Positions 26,286 to 39,274 of a DNA stretch of 64,000 bases are shown here, one piece after another (the stretch's first letter is position 1; each line of letters starts with the position of its first letter). Source of the stretch: Podarcis liolepis. Taxonomy: Eukaryota. Location of the stretch: NCBI GenBank assembly GCA_965112155.1, contig OZ218099.1, one strand, 5' to 3'. The notes under the pieces are model-generated. The model ran no database searches. It saw only the letters and a program-made list of their open reading frames with translations, and was not told where the DNA came from. The position numbers and the translations under genes are program-made.

Positions 26286-27071
26286 ATTCCTACTATTGCT
26301 GATGGTCCTCTATCACTAAATTCCAGAGCCAGGAGACATCAGTTCTGCTCATTTTTCCTTTAGTTGCCCTGAGAATAACTGAAGTATTGTGCATTGCAGT
26401 TGAGCGTTGCAGTTGCAGAAAGATGTTGCTTGACAGCAAGTAAGAGAAAGACGGTGTTGCTGTTGTTCTTTAGGTTGTTATGGATAGGTTAAATGGGGCA
26501 AGAGCAGAGTGAGCCGTATGTAATATGGCTAAGCATTGAAGATAGGCAGCAAAGTTGTTGCTAGAGGCAGATCCGAGTAGATAGGATTTTTCAATGAGTA
26601 GGAGCAGAATGAAACCGAATAAAAGCAAATAAGAGCAGAGACATTTTCCTGACAGCAAAATCTATCAGGGTCTCTTGATTGAATTGATGGCATCGCTGTC
26701 ATTTGGCACGCTGAAAAATAGACTGGGCAAATTGTTTGGAAATATCTGTACAGCACTGGGCTGTTCTGTACTGCACAGCGGGGCGTTGCTGCTTTGTGCC
26801 ATTTTCATTTCAGTGCTTCTGCTTCTGTGACATGAACTGCACTGCTGCTTCGGATCTCCTTTGCAAGCTCACTGTGCTGGTCTTTATTACCTATGCGGTC
26901 TCAGAATGATCCTGTGCTTTGCATGTGGGTAAATTTTTGTGTGTGTGCAAAGTATCTCAGAAATAACTTCAGCTTCTTGAGAGCCAATGACCCGGTCAGT
27001 TGCCTCTGGTGTTTGTTTTGCCCTGTCTTGAGGCCCTCACTGACAGGTCCATCCTTTCTTTGCAGACAAAA

Positions 27072-27073
27072 TG

Positions 27074-27115
<42 letters not shown>
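27072..27115. repeat. (TG)n microsatellite with one interruption
   Basis: direct reading. Confidence 0.93.
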
Positions 27116-27116
<1 letters not shown>

Positions 27117-27499
27117 TACATCTCTAACCAAATACTCTCTTACTCTATGGAGAACTTTTTCTGAGAGGCACAGTTTGTGTTTATCTTCAATGCTCTGCAC
27201 ACTTGGTTGGATCTTCACATATTGATTGATTGCATGTGGCTGTGTACTTCCCCTTTGATGTGATTTAAGAACACACACGTGGACCAGAGGGGGCTACCAC
27301 TATAACTGAGATAGATGGCTGTAGTTCTGAGGGGGTATCTCTGTAGAAGGAAAATGTACAATGGTGCTGCCATCTCTGTAACGTTCAAGGTCAATGAAGG
27401 TCTAGTATCGCATAATGCTGAAACCTGTGGCCATATTGAGCAGCTGGGTAGTGGGAGATTCAAGATAGCATAAGTGATGTGAATAAATACTATCAGAAG

Positions 27500-27775
27500 A
27501 TTGGATGGCCACCGACTTAGATCACATTAAGGGGGTACTAGGCAGATTTGTGGGGCAAGGAGGTAAGGCAGTTGATGGCTGCTGGTTGTGGTTGCTCTAT
27601 GCTGCCTCCAAGATCAGAAGCAGTATGCATCTGAATGCCAGTTGCTGCCGAATAATAGTGGGAGAGGACTATTGCCATTATATGCTGCTTGTGGGCCTCC
27701 CACAGGCATCTGGCTGGGCACTGGGGGAGAATCAGGATGCTGGAGTAGATAGGCTTTGATCTGATTTCTCAAGTC
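27500..27775 (+). mobile_element. Decayed CR1 3' end
   Basis: GATGGCCACCGACTTAGAT...CTGAATGCCAGTTGCTG...GGCATCTGGCTGGGCACTG...CAGGATGCTGGAGTAGATAGGCTTTGATCTGAT is a squamate CR1 3' UTR pattern. Confidence 0.68.
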
Positions 27776-30360
27776 CTTAATAAAGGGCCAACATGCTGGC
27801 TAGGCATACATTTCCACATGCTGGTCAGAATGATTTTTGGGTCACTGCTGCGTGGCTACCATGCTCACTGACATTAATATCAATATTTATATTAATATCA
27901 CTGCTACTGTCATTTTCTGCAGCACTTGGTTTATTCAATTGGGCTTGTTTGATGCATGACCAGCCGCACATTTCCAAGAGACTTGTCTGACATCATCAGA
28001 TTCCCTGGCTCCATTTCCCCCAGTGTGGCCTCTCCCTTTCCTTCCCCCCATACCGACTCCCCCTCCCTTCGCCAGCCCTTACAATGTCCACTTAATTTAG
28101 TACAAGCAATTGTGCAAAAATTGGCTTTACGCTTTCCTGTATAACAAGGATGTTTTTGATTGGAGAAGTGAGGGGTGGCCTTAACTTCCCCTCACTGCTG
28201 ACCTCACAGAGTAATTAATGTTGACGCAGGATTCGTAACATATTTGGGAGAAGTAATCAGCTCCAGAACATGATGCAGTTATTAATTACAGAGAATCAAG
28301 CGCCTGTCAGTGCAAGTGCACAGGTTGCTCACTGTAGCTGAGCACAGTCCTGTGCTTCTGTGATCTAGTCTTACCCCAGTTGTGGGCCTGCCATCAGGTC
28401 TTCTCGCAGTGGTCCTCCAGTTTAAAAAGCTGTTGAATGCTTTTAGCTCTCCAGCACAGGGAAGGTGTTGCTTTGAGTAAAGAGGAAGGGCCTCCGTTGT
28501 GAGGATTTCACATTGAAAATAGCAGACCATTTACAAAACCAACGTATCTGAAATAAATATGGATTGCCTCTTCATTCAGTTCTTATAGATTAAAGTTCTC
28601 ATTAAACCTTTTGGGACACATTTCCATTGCTCTGTTGCTTCTGGTGTTTGTGGCCTTTGTCTTGCTCATTCAGTAGGGATTAATGGAGTCGAATAGGCTT
28701 TATCTACGATTTTGTTCAGTTAGTCAAGGTGGACTTCCATTAATTCATCCTGTGTTTATAGGAGCCTTCTCACTAACCAATGTTAATCTGTGGCGTTTAA
28801 AAAACCACCACGCTCTTTAAAATGCTCTTAGGCATGGTGGGGAAAACCTTCTGTTTTGCTACACTTTAATCTGTCCTCCACTCATAATTTCTGGTGGAAT
28901 GTACATCAAATATGTGAAGTCAATTCATAATACCCTTCATTTTTGCTTTGGAAAAAAAGGAAAATTCTGCCCTTGTAATTAAAGGGATTCCACTTGAAAT
29001 GTAAAAACCAGTACAGTATCTGCGAATGAGTCCTAGTGATTGTAGTCTGCTATCACCACTGCCCTTAGTTTCCAGTTAGGCTTTCCTACTCATGTATCCC
29101 AGTTGACTTTCATCTATCCAAGCATCACCTGCTAATATATCACCATTTACCATTCCAAAAAAACCTGCCCCAACTCAGCTGTTGTTTTTAGACTAATGCA
29201 TGTTGCAGCAAATATTGGCTTCGGGGGGGGGGTATGTTCATGTCTTTGATTAAGTTGCCTAATTTTTTTTTGAGCACAGAATGTGAGTTACCTGGGTGTG
29301 ACAGATTTGGGAGGCATAAATGTAGAGTCCTGCCGTTATGCCTAGTTGGACTGTGTGAATTGAAAAGCGACACCGTTAGGTTCAAGGCGTACACAATCTG
29401 TGTAAAAATGATTGTGTGTAAAGCCCCTTATGAGTTTAAGAAAGCAAAAGTGACAAAAGTAAGTCACAGTTAATTTCATGGCGTGTGGATTCTGGTTGTG
29501 TGTGCATGCTGGCGATGTGGAGGGGGAGAATAGCAACAGAGTGATGGGCAATTTCGTAGGTCCATTTCACGTTTTTGCTATATATTAATGCTGGTCAGTA
29601 GCAAGTGGTTACCTTGGAAAAGTATTGTTTCCCCATCTTAATTTGTACCAGAACGTGTATCCTTTGTGGATTTTCAGATTCCGTGTGCAAGGGTAGCCTG
29701 AAATCTAAGCATCTGAATCTGAGAGTTCTGCTTCTATCCTCTCTGGAATGTGCTGGAGGTTTTTTGGCCCATCTGTGTTTCAAGCTCTTGGCAGTTGCTT
29801 TGTTGTGATCACACTCTGCCTGTCATTACCTCCTTAATGATCGAGGGGGAAGAGAGTGAGAGAGGGGGCACACAGCAGCCAGGAGACAGGGACTTTAAAT
29901 TACTGGTACAAGGATAAGGTGAAAACAAAACAAATGAACCACAAACCTTCCAAACACTGGCAAATGGGAGACTCTGGAGAACAGTGCACCCATTTTAAGA
30001 AGATCCATCTTTCCTCTTTATTAGAGTTTGGTGTGCTTACTCCATGCAAGAATCCCTGTAATCCTGATGAGTAGCATTCCCATTATTTACAATTTTTTAT
30101 TATTACATCTGGATAAATTGGGATGACTTTAGAGTGCGGAACAGTCCTCTTGGAAAAGGAAATGGGAGCATTGCCCCATAGGCTAGATCTGGCAGAACTT
30201 TGAAACTGCAGTGCATAATCAGGTATATAAGTTCAAAGAACTAATTAAACAGAGGACATACAAGGCTTTCCCAGCTGTAATTTTAATTTCAGAGAAACCA
30301 TATATGTTTAGTTGGTAAAATGAAATTACAAGAGGGATCGCCCACTCCATGTTGACTCAT

Positions 30361-30361
<1 letters not shown>

Positions 30362-30403
<42 letters not shown>
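30362..30403. repeat. (TAA)14 microsatellite
   Basis: direct reading. Confidence 0.95.
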
Positions 30404-30404
<1 letters not shown>

Positions 30405-30672
30405 CCAGAGCCAAGCATAGGGCTGTCATTAGAACTTTTTCTTATCTTTGGGGTTGTCACTGCTTTTGTGCAAATTTAAACCCTTGTTTAAATGCTTAAT
30501 TATTTTTTGGTCATTTGCTTTTGCTAAAGATTGCACAAAAAGGAGAAGAGCAACGGAGTAAGGGGGTGGAGTGGAGAGGGTGTCAGTTTGCAAGAGGGTT
30601 TTGCTTCATTGCTTTCCGAGTTGTAGATGGTAAGCCAAGCCTGCTGAGATCATTTATGTGACAGATGTTTTG

Positions 30673-30708
30673 TGCTGCTGCTACTACTGCTGCTGCTGCT
30701 GCTGCTGC
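30673..30708. repeat. Interrupted (CTG)n/(CTA)n trinucleotide repeat
   Basis: tgctgctgctactactgctgctgctgctgctgctgc. Confidence 0.9.
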
Positions 30709-33178
30709 AGCCACCACCCCCCTGCTCTATTTGCAGCATGCAATTCTGATAAGATCGCTTATGTAGGACAGGACCAATTTCCGAGCTTATCAAGTGTCGC
30801 TGACTTTAGAAGCTGAGCACACAGCCCAGATAGGAGGAACCTGCCATCTGATCCTGCCTTCATGGCTTCTGGGAGAGTGTAGGGCTTTGCTTTATTTTGA
30901 TCACTGAAAATACAGGGCAGTGGCCTTGCACAAAACCGTCTGTGAAACCTACCACGAATGGAGCATTAGGCAGCCCTGCACACTCAGATCCTGGCTAGGA
31001 AGAACCAAGGCAGTGCTGGTTGAAAGACACTGGTGCCTGCCCCCCCCCCCCAAACAGCTACTCCTCTCTCCCATCTCTTTGTTCTTAAACATAAAGAACT
31101 CTGGAGGGGTGAGAAGGAAGTCACTTTGTGGGAAAACTTGGAATGGAGTGAAGTGGAGAGAAGAAACAGTATAACCAGGCATAGCTGTTGGGCTTTAGTT
31201 ACATATGTCTGAGTGTCATTTGGAGGTAGGCTATGGGAGGTAGTTTGGACATTCAGAAGATGAGGGGATTTTAGGAATATACCTTTGGCTTCTGAATCTT
31301 CACTTCTGTAAAATCTGGTGCTGGGGGTGTCTCTAGAAATATGGCTGGCTTGTGTGCCTGAAATTCCTCCTCCTTCTGAATTGACCTGCAGATTATCCAA
31401 TTATTGCCTGCTGGGCTTGTGTTGACATGTGGTTTTTTTCTAGACATTAGGAAGCAAGGAAAAAACCCATGTTTCAAACTGTGAGCATTTAGTTTTCAAT
31501 GACAACCTTCAGTAGCAGCTGGTGAGAGCCATTGATTGGAGACGATAATTCCAATATGTGCATACTTAAAAAAAAGATCTTAAAACATATCCTGCAGCAT
31601 TGACCGTTCTGTTTGCTCTTCTTCTCCCCATTTCCCTCCCCTTGCGCAGTATGGAAGACTACCCAAATGCAGGAATACTTCCTGTAACCTCATCAATGCA
31701 GATTCTTCTCCTTTTATCATTATTTATATACCACCACCAGTACACAAGACCTTAAAGGAGGATTAGGCAACCTGCAGGTACCATTGGACTTTAGCTCCCA
31801 GCAGCCCTAGGCAACATGACCAGTGAGCAAGAATGATGGGAGCCTAGCCCAACAACATATATAGGACCACAGGTTCCAAACTCCTGCTTTACAAAGTGAC
31901 ATAAGCAAAAGAAAAGTCTCTGCCCAGAGAAGCTAACAGTCTGACTTTAAACAAGGTCCATTTTACTTTTGCCCTGGACTTCCCTGGGGGGGGGGGACTC
32001 TGTGGATGGAGATTCAAGACAGAGGCTATTGTTAATGGAGAAAGAGAGTTACTTGTTTCCTGAGTATGGGGCACTAAAGCACCTAAGCAATCTCTGTAGA
32101 GCAGATGCCCTGATCATTAAGTATCTGCTTTATGGCTAGGGAGGCACTGAGATCCACTTTGGGATGTAGGGGTGCTCTGACCAGCAAAATCTGAGGACAA
32201 CTCAGCAGCCGCAGGAGCAGAATATATGTGGGAGAGGAGGAAATGCCCTTTCCTGATTATTATTTTTTTTAAAAAGCCACTCAAAACAAAACCAGGCATG
32301 CTTCAAATGGCATCACTAATCTCAGGGACAGACGGTAACATTTAAGACCATATGCAGAAAGTGCAAAAGATCAGAATTTCCTGTGGGGACAGCTTGGTAC
32401 ACTCAGATCTATCCAGAAAGAATTTGGCTGTTACTCTCCAGCCAAGCCCAGCATTTTGGCAACTTTTCTTATGGAAAAAAAGGATGCCCAACTGAATTCT
32501 ATGTTTCTTTTAATAAAACCAGAAAATGAGACTCGTGTGTGCACAGGATGGAAAAGAGTATGTATTATATATACTCATCCCCCCATGGAGATACTCTCTA
32601 TGTATGCACCTGTGCTACAGATTCAAGAGAATCTTATATAGTAGGCTTTGCAAGCACTGTAAAAGGGAAAAAAATAAAGTATCATATATATATTTGAGGC
32701 AAGTCAGTCAAAAATTAGTTGATATGTACGTGTTTGACAATAGATCCACAGAGAGCAGAAGGCCAAAGAATGACTTTTAAATGGCAAGGTGGAATGGGGG
32801 AAACCCCATTGCCTCGGAAGCATCCAGAGTGAAGAGATTATTGGTCAAAGCAGTTGTATGGTGTACAGGATGGATACATGTACAGACATGTATGGGATGC
32901 AACAGACTTTTGAAAGGACTTGCACGTTATTGCTTTATCCTCTAAATCATCACTAAATGGTGATGGCTGGAAAGAAACTCCCCCCAAACGGCAATTCTCA
33001 ATAATTAGAATGTGGGAGGACAGAGAAGACAGTTCTCACTTTGAAAGTGAATTTTCCTGGTTGCTGCTAAAGTCCACTGACTGTCGGGACAGCAGTCTTT
33101 ATCTGTTTTGCTAAGTACTCATGACCCTTAGGTCCCTGTGCATGGCCTTTTGAAATACCTAGTCAAAGGAACTCTTAA

Positions 33179-33481
<303 letters not shown>

Positions 33482-36148
33482 TGAGCATTTCTCTCGGAAC
33501 ATGTTAAAGTGTCTTTGCGAGTTTTTGCTGAGGCAAGCTTTGGTGTTATACAGAAATTGACCTGGGGGAGGGGAGGGAAAACGTGAATGACTCACAGACT
33601 TCCCCTTTTCATACTTCACCCTTTACATATTATATTCTAATATAATGTAAGATAGCCTTTGCCACCCTTGTACCTTCCACATGTTTCGACGACAACTCTC
33701 CTCAGGCCTAGCCGTGTTTGTTGGGGCTGATGGGAGTGGTCATCCAAAACATCTAGGAGAAGAAGGTTGGCAAAGGATGGTGTAGGATGATGAGCCCTCA
33801 GAGGCTATCATGAGATGTAGTTCTATAGATCAGGGTGGGCAGAAGGAAGACCTCCTGCGAGATCTCTGAGTGAGATGCGGTACATCAACATGGATTTCTG
33901 ACTCCTGGTTTTTTAACAGTAGCAGCAACAAAAGAAATTTTCCCACCTAAATTTGGTTGCTGAAATGAATTAAAATTAAGCAGAAGTGGACTTTTATGTG
34001 GGGAAAAAACTGAACTCAGTTCAATTCTGCTACCAATAATAAATTCAATGTGTCAGAGGCACCCTGTTCTTTCATTCTTATGTACGTCTTTTGCATCTGG
34101 CCCTGACTGGTAGATATTGAGGTTCTGGGGGAGAAACAAAAGTAGATTCAACAAACCTACCTCTACTGTAGACTACTACTATTTTAAATTTCTTGAACTC
34201 ATAATATTACTCCTGTGTCATGTAGCAAAGAAATAGTCATTATTTTCTGCTGCAGAGCAGCTTAGAGGAGTTCAGTGGACAGAGGAAGATAAGTGCCTTG
34301 CCTGTGCCAAGGAGGTTGCAAATAATTTGATAAGGGAGTCAGTGCTAAAGTAGTTTGGATCTTACTCTGTAAACAGGTCTATGCATATTTTACGATTCTG
34401 TGCTCAGACCTTGCAAGGAAATAAATTGTTATTGGGTGGAAAATTCAATAACCCAAGAATCTTCCCCCCCTCCCTTCTGCCTTTAAAAAAATAATAAGAA
34501 AATTGAAGCCATCAAGGTTTCAGAGATGGGCTTGAGGGTATGTGGGCAACACATGGTAAGAGCTTAGAAACCAGAGGTGGGTCTTTGCCTTTAAATGTTT
34601 CTTCTACACAGCCTTATTTTGTGAGTCAGATAATCAAACCATTGGGGGGGGGGGCAGCCTCCTGCCTTGGAATTAGATGCATAGTAGAGAGAATTTGTTT
34701 GTTTCAGAACTCAGTAGATGTCCTATTTCTGTGTTTTAGCTTAAGAACAGTCTCGCTCTGTGAGAGCTGGCATCATTTTAAAATCCGAGTGCTAGAAATG
34801 GCAGCTGTTTCATTAATTAAAACTACTTATCACTGAAGGTTTAATGTAGATTTTTGCCACTTCTCACTGCACCCTGCATTACTTCCACTCTCACTGGCAG
34901 TATCCTTGCATCCTTGGCTGCCGACCGCAGCAAGTCATTGCCTGTATTCTTGCATCTCAACTAGCAGTCTTTTCCACAAACCCTGCATTTTACAAATCTC
35001 GTAAATGCTCCTGGATGGTCCTGAGGTTGTTAATAGCAAACTCTTTCAACCTACATCCAAAATGACTATGGGCCTTCTCCTGTTGCCCCTTAAACACTAT
35101 CTGATGTTTTGAATGGATGGCATCAGGAGCAGGCTTCTTTGCTCATGGGTCCAAGAGAGAGGTGTTCTCTTCCTATTCGATTTTGCATTGGGCTCTACCT
35201 TCCCTTGTCATTATTTTCCAATCATTTCTTCAGGGCAGATCCACACCACTCCTCCCAGGTGATTGTTGGGATGGGTTAATGTCAGAGCCCAGCAGATTTT
35301 CTTAAGCAAAGAGCCTCAAGACAGGTGAGGGAAGAGTGTGAGCCAGGGGCAGCGTTCCAGCTCCACTCTGCATCTGCTCTGCTCCATCAATTTTTAAATG
35401 GTAGCTAGATAGGTCTCCTGTATCACAGGCCAATGAATATTGAAAGAAACACCAGCTGCAGAACCAGTGCAGTTATTAAACATACACCACGGTGTCTGTC
35501 ACTGTGCTTCCCCTTCTTCGTCCTTTAGCAATCCAGTCCTTGAAAAGTTGTTCCTAATGAAAGCCAATATTTAGAATAACAGCATATTAAGAAAATATAT
35601 TTAAGATTCCTTATCTGATCATGGGCCATTTGGAACAGTGTGGTGCCAAAGACACAAATGAATATCCTTTCAGAGTGTTCAGCCTAGGATTAGGTCCAAT
35701 TCACACTTTACAGAGAAGTTGCACATGCTGTGTGTATACTTGCTTTTGCACTAGACACCATTAGCACATGAAGGGAAGATGCATATCTGTATGCAGGCAA
35801 TGAACATGTGCCTGAGATGAGTTCCTTTGCCAGCATCTCCCCACTGCATATTCCTGCATGTTTGAAAATGTGCTTTACATGTCATGTTGGTGTACCTGTG
35901 GCAAACAGAACTGCCACATGCAGTGTAAAACTGAGAGGGTCTGTAATACCCTTGTTAGGTGAATGAGCTCAGGAGCCAAAGGATGGTTACTTAAGAGAAT
36001 ATAGTGTGTGAATTAGCTCTTATTGTGAGTCTAGTCGTGGTGGATATAGCGAAATCTATCTAAAAATGGAGGGAATTTTCAAATGTGCAATGAACTGAGC
36101 AGGAATTTGAACTTAAATCTCCCGGAACCTAGTTCAATAGTTTCCATC

Positions 36149-37519
36149 TTTCTTTCTTTTTTTCTTTTGCAATCACTCGTAGCCGAGTAAGATTGTCTTC
36201 CATAGACACGGTTTTAACAATGAGTCCGTAAGTGACTGTGGAGGCCAATTCTGGACCCACACGTCCTTCCACAGTGGGGACATTGGTTTCTGGATGGGAG
36301 TTGATCACAGTGTGGATTTGCCAAGCATGCCTTCCTCTTAGCACGTTTCTACCTTGCATCCTGAGTTCGAGTGTCTTCAAAGCCCATGACACCTTTGGTA
36401 AAGACTGTTCTTCAACTGGAGCGCTCACAGGCCAGTGTTTCCCAGTTGTCAGTGTTTATACTACATTTTTTAAGATTTGCCTTGAGACAGTCTTTAAACT
36501 TCTTTTGTTGACCACCAGCATTATGCTTTCCATTTTTAAGTTCAGAATAGAGTAGTTGCTTTGGAAGACGATAATCAGGCATCCGCACAACATAACCAGT
36601 CCAACGAAGTTGATGTTGAAGAATCATTGCTTCAATACTGGTGATCTTTGCTTCATCCAATACACTAATATTAGTTCGCCTGTCTTCCCAAGTGATGTGT
36701 AAATTTTTTCGGAGACACTGCTGATGGAATCTTTCGAGGAGTTGGAGGTGGCGTTTATAAGTGGTCCATGTTTCACAAGCATATAGTAAGGTTCGTAGTA
36801 CAATAGCTTTGTAAACAAGCATTTTGCTTTCCCTGCGAATGTCCCGGTCCTCAAACTCTCTGCACTTCAATCAGTAGAAAGCTGCACTTGCAGAGCTAAG
36901 GCGATGCTGGATTTCTGCATCAATGTTGGCCCTTGTGGAAAGATAACTGCCTAGGTAGGAGAAGTGGTTAACATTTTCCAATGTTACACCATTGAGTTGG
37001 ATTTGTGGCGCTGCAGAGGGGTTATTTTGTACTTGTTGGTCCATCACTTTGGTTTTTTGGATGTTGAGTGATAGGCCAAGCTTTTCGTAAGCTGCTGCAA
37101 AGATATTTAGGATGGTCTGGAGGTCATCCTCTGAGCGTGCGCACACTACGTTGTCATCAGCATACTGAAGCTCTGTTACGGTAGCCTTACTCTTTGCTTT
37201 CAGCCTGCTCAGATTGAAGAGCTTTCCATCTGATCTATATATGATTTCTACTCCGGTGGGGAGTTTCCCTTTGACAAAGTGTAGGATCATGGCAATGAAA
37301 ATAATGAATAGAGTTGGGGCAATAACACAACCCTGTTTAACACCTGAGCCCACTGTGAATGGTTCACTTTGAGAGCCATTGTTATCTGCGATTGTTGCTG
37401 TCATATTATCATGGAGGAACCGAATGATGTTTATAAATTTATCTGGGCAGCCAAGGACAGTCCACAGGGCATTACGATCTACAGTGTTGAAAGCCTTAGT
37501 CAGGTCAATAAACGCCATC
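36149..37519 (-). mobile_element. 5'-truncated, inactivated RTE-clade LINE (reverse transcriptase C-terminal half, 3' UTR and A-rich tail)
   Basis: Minus-strand ORFs 36871-37521 and 36412-36870 are one frame broken by TGA. RT motifs FIDLTKAFNTVDR, GVKQGCVIAPTLF and LQYADD, and RTE-type C-terminal motifs LLYACETWT and QLRWTGYVVRMPDYRLPKQLLY. The tail reads as a T-rich run at 36149-36168. Confidence 0.93.
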
Positions 37520-37877
37520 ACAGCACACTTGTTCCTACAGGGTTGTCACTTTCAGAACATAAGCCAGACCCACACACTGTTTGATCCATCAACCAGAACA
37601 TAGCCTGCTGCCAAAGGCAGGCTGCAGCAGCAGATTAACTGGGCAATGGACTGCATTTAGCTTGTTGGGTAACAAGTGGTGCAGGCCTCAGTTTTTATGG
37701 GAAAGTGAAAGAGAAGGTTTTTGGGCATTGATAATGTGCTTTCTCTTGCAAGCACGGATCTGCTCTTCTAGGAAAACAAAGTCAAGGAAACTCTCCATTT
37801 AATCAAAGCAGAAGGTGAAAATCGGCAGGAATTATATTTGAGCCGACTACGTGAGAAATAAGAAAAAATAAATTTTA

Positions 37878-38262
37878 GGGATGCAGGTGGCGTTGTGGTC
37901 TAAACCACTGAGCCTCTTGGGCTTGCCGATCAGACGGTCGGCGATTCGAATCCCTGTGACGGGGTGAGCTCCCGTTGCTTGGACCCAGCTTCTGCCAACC
38001 TAGCAGATCAAAAGCACACCAAAAAGTGCAAGTAGATAAATAGGTACCGCTGCAGCAGGAAAGTAAACAGTGTTTCCGTGCACTGCTCTGGTGTCGGTGT
38101 TCCATTGCGCCAGAAGCGGCTTAGTCATTCTGACCACATGACCCCCGAAAACTGTCTGCGGAGCGGACAAACATTGGCTCCCTCGGCCAGTAAAGCGAGA
38201 TGAGCGCCGGAACCCCAGAGTCGTTCGCGATTGGACTTGACTGTCAGGGGTCCCTTTATCTT
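37878..38262 (+). mobile_element. Full-length Sauria (Squam1-type) tRNA-derived SINE
   Basis: Head GGGATGCAGGTGGCGTTGTGGTCTAAACC with a B-box-like GATTCGAATCC; body CTGCCAACCTAGCAG...GTGCAAGTAGATAAATAGGTACC; tail GTCAGGGGTCCCTTTATCTTT. Matches the lacertid Sauria SINE consensus as recalled. Confidence 0.9.
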
Positions 38263-38554
38263 TTTTTGTTGTTTAGTCGTTTAGTCATGTCCGACTCTTC
38301 GTGACCCCATGGACCTGAGCACACCAGGCACTTCTGTCTTCCACTGCCTCCTGCAGCTTGGGCAAACTTACGTCCGTAGCTTCGAGAACACTGTCCAACC
38401 ATCTCGTCCTCTGTCATCCCCTTCTCCTTGTGCCCTCCATCTTTCCCAACATCAGGGTATTTTCCAGGGAGTCTTCTCTTCTCATGAGGTGGCCAAAGTA
38501 TTGGAGCCTCAGCTTCAGGATCTGTCCTTCCAGTGAGCACTCAGGGCTGATTTC
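38263..38554 (-). mobile_element. BovB (RTE-BovB) LINE, 3' terminal fragment
   Basis: Minus strand reads EISPECSLEGQILKLRLQYFGHLMRREDSLENTLMLGKMEG...RWLDSV...VHGVTKSRT with stops, ending GACTAAACGACTAAACAAC. This is the characteristic BovB C-terminus and tail. Confidence 0.92.
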
Positions 38555-39217
38555 AACAACAGGCAAGGTGGTTTCACTCAAAGCAATCTGCAGTAATTAA
38601 CTCTTCCCTCCTGCCTGATACTCCCATTGTTTCATGGGAATTCCACTCAAAATCTGTGCAGCTTTTGGTGGGATTTTGATTGTTTTGGTTTTGCTATTTT
38701 CAATAACACCCCTTAGCCCCTCCCGTCTGCTCCCTTATAGAAATGAGGAGGCAGTTTCCTTCTTGAGGTCATTAGCGTTGCTTGTACTTTTGTGAGCATT
38801 TGAATATGAAATAACTGATCTGATGATTAATAGATGGAGCAGCCAAAAAGGCATAAATAAAGAATTCCAATCAGAGCCACCTGCATATTTTTCTCCATTT
38901 TAAGGAAGAAATGTGCATAGTTTTAAATATTGTTTGATAAGTATGTTAAGGTGAATCTTAATTTTTGTATCAGAGCAATGTTTTCATTGGTATGAGCTGA
39001 TGAATAGTGAAGGCAGTCAACACAGACTCAATTCTTACAGCCCTGTCTCTGTATACTAATCTGCTCATGTCTCTGGTGATCAGGCCCTGAGCTTCCACCA
39101 GCAGCTCTCTCTGTCTGCCTACAACTCTCTACGGTTTCAGTTGTATCTTCTTCCCAGCTCTCCCTTTGGCTTTGGCCTTGATCTCCTCTTTCTGGGCTCC
39201 TGCTTTGAAATACTTTG

Positions 39218-39219
<2 letters not shown>

Positions 39220-39273
<54 letters not shown>
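39220..39273. repeat. Compound (TG)n(AG)n microsatellite
   Basis: direct reading. Confidence 0.95.

Positions 39274-39274
<1 letters not shown>

Noticed and set aside
31597-31690. Strong-looking acceptor (long pyrimidine tract ending GCGCAG at 31649)
   Set aside because: There is no convincing donor. The nearest gtaacc is weak and gives 34 nt, out of frame.
37878-37960. tRNA gene
   Set aside because: The A/B-box-like sequence is the head of a Sauria SINE and has no complete cloverleaf. The same applies near 43050 and 46975.
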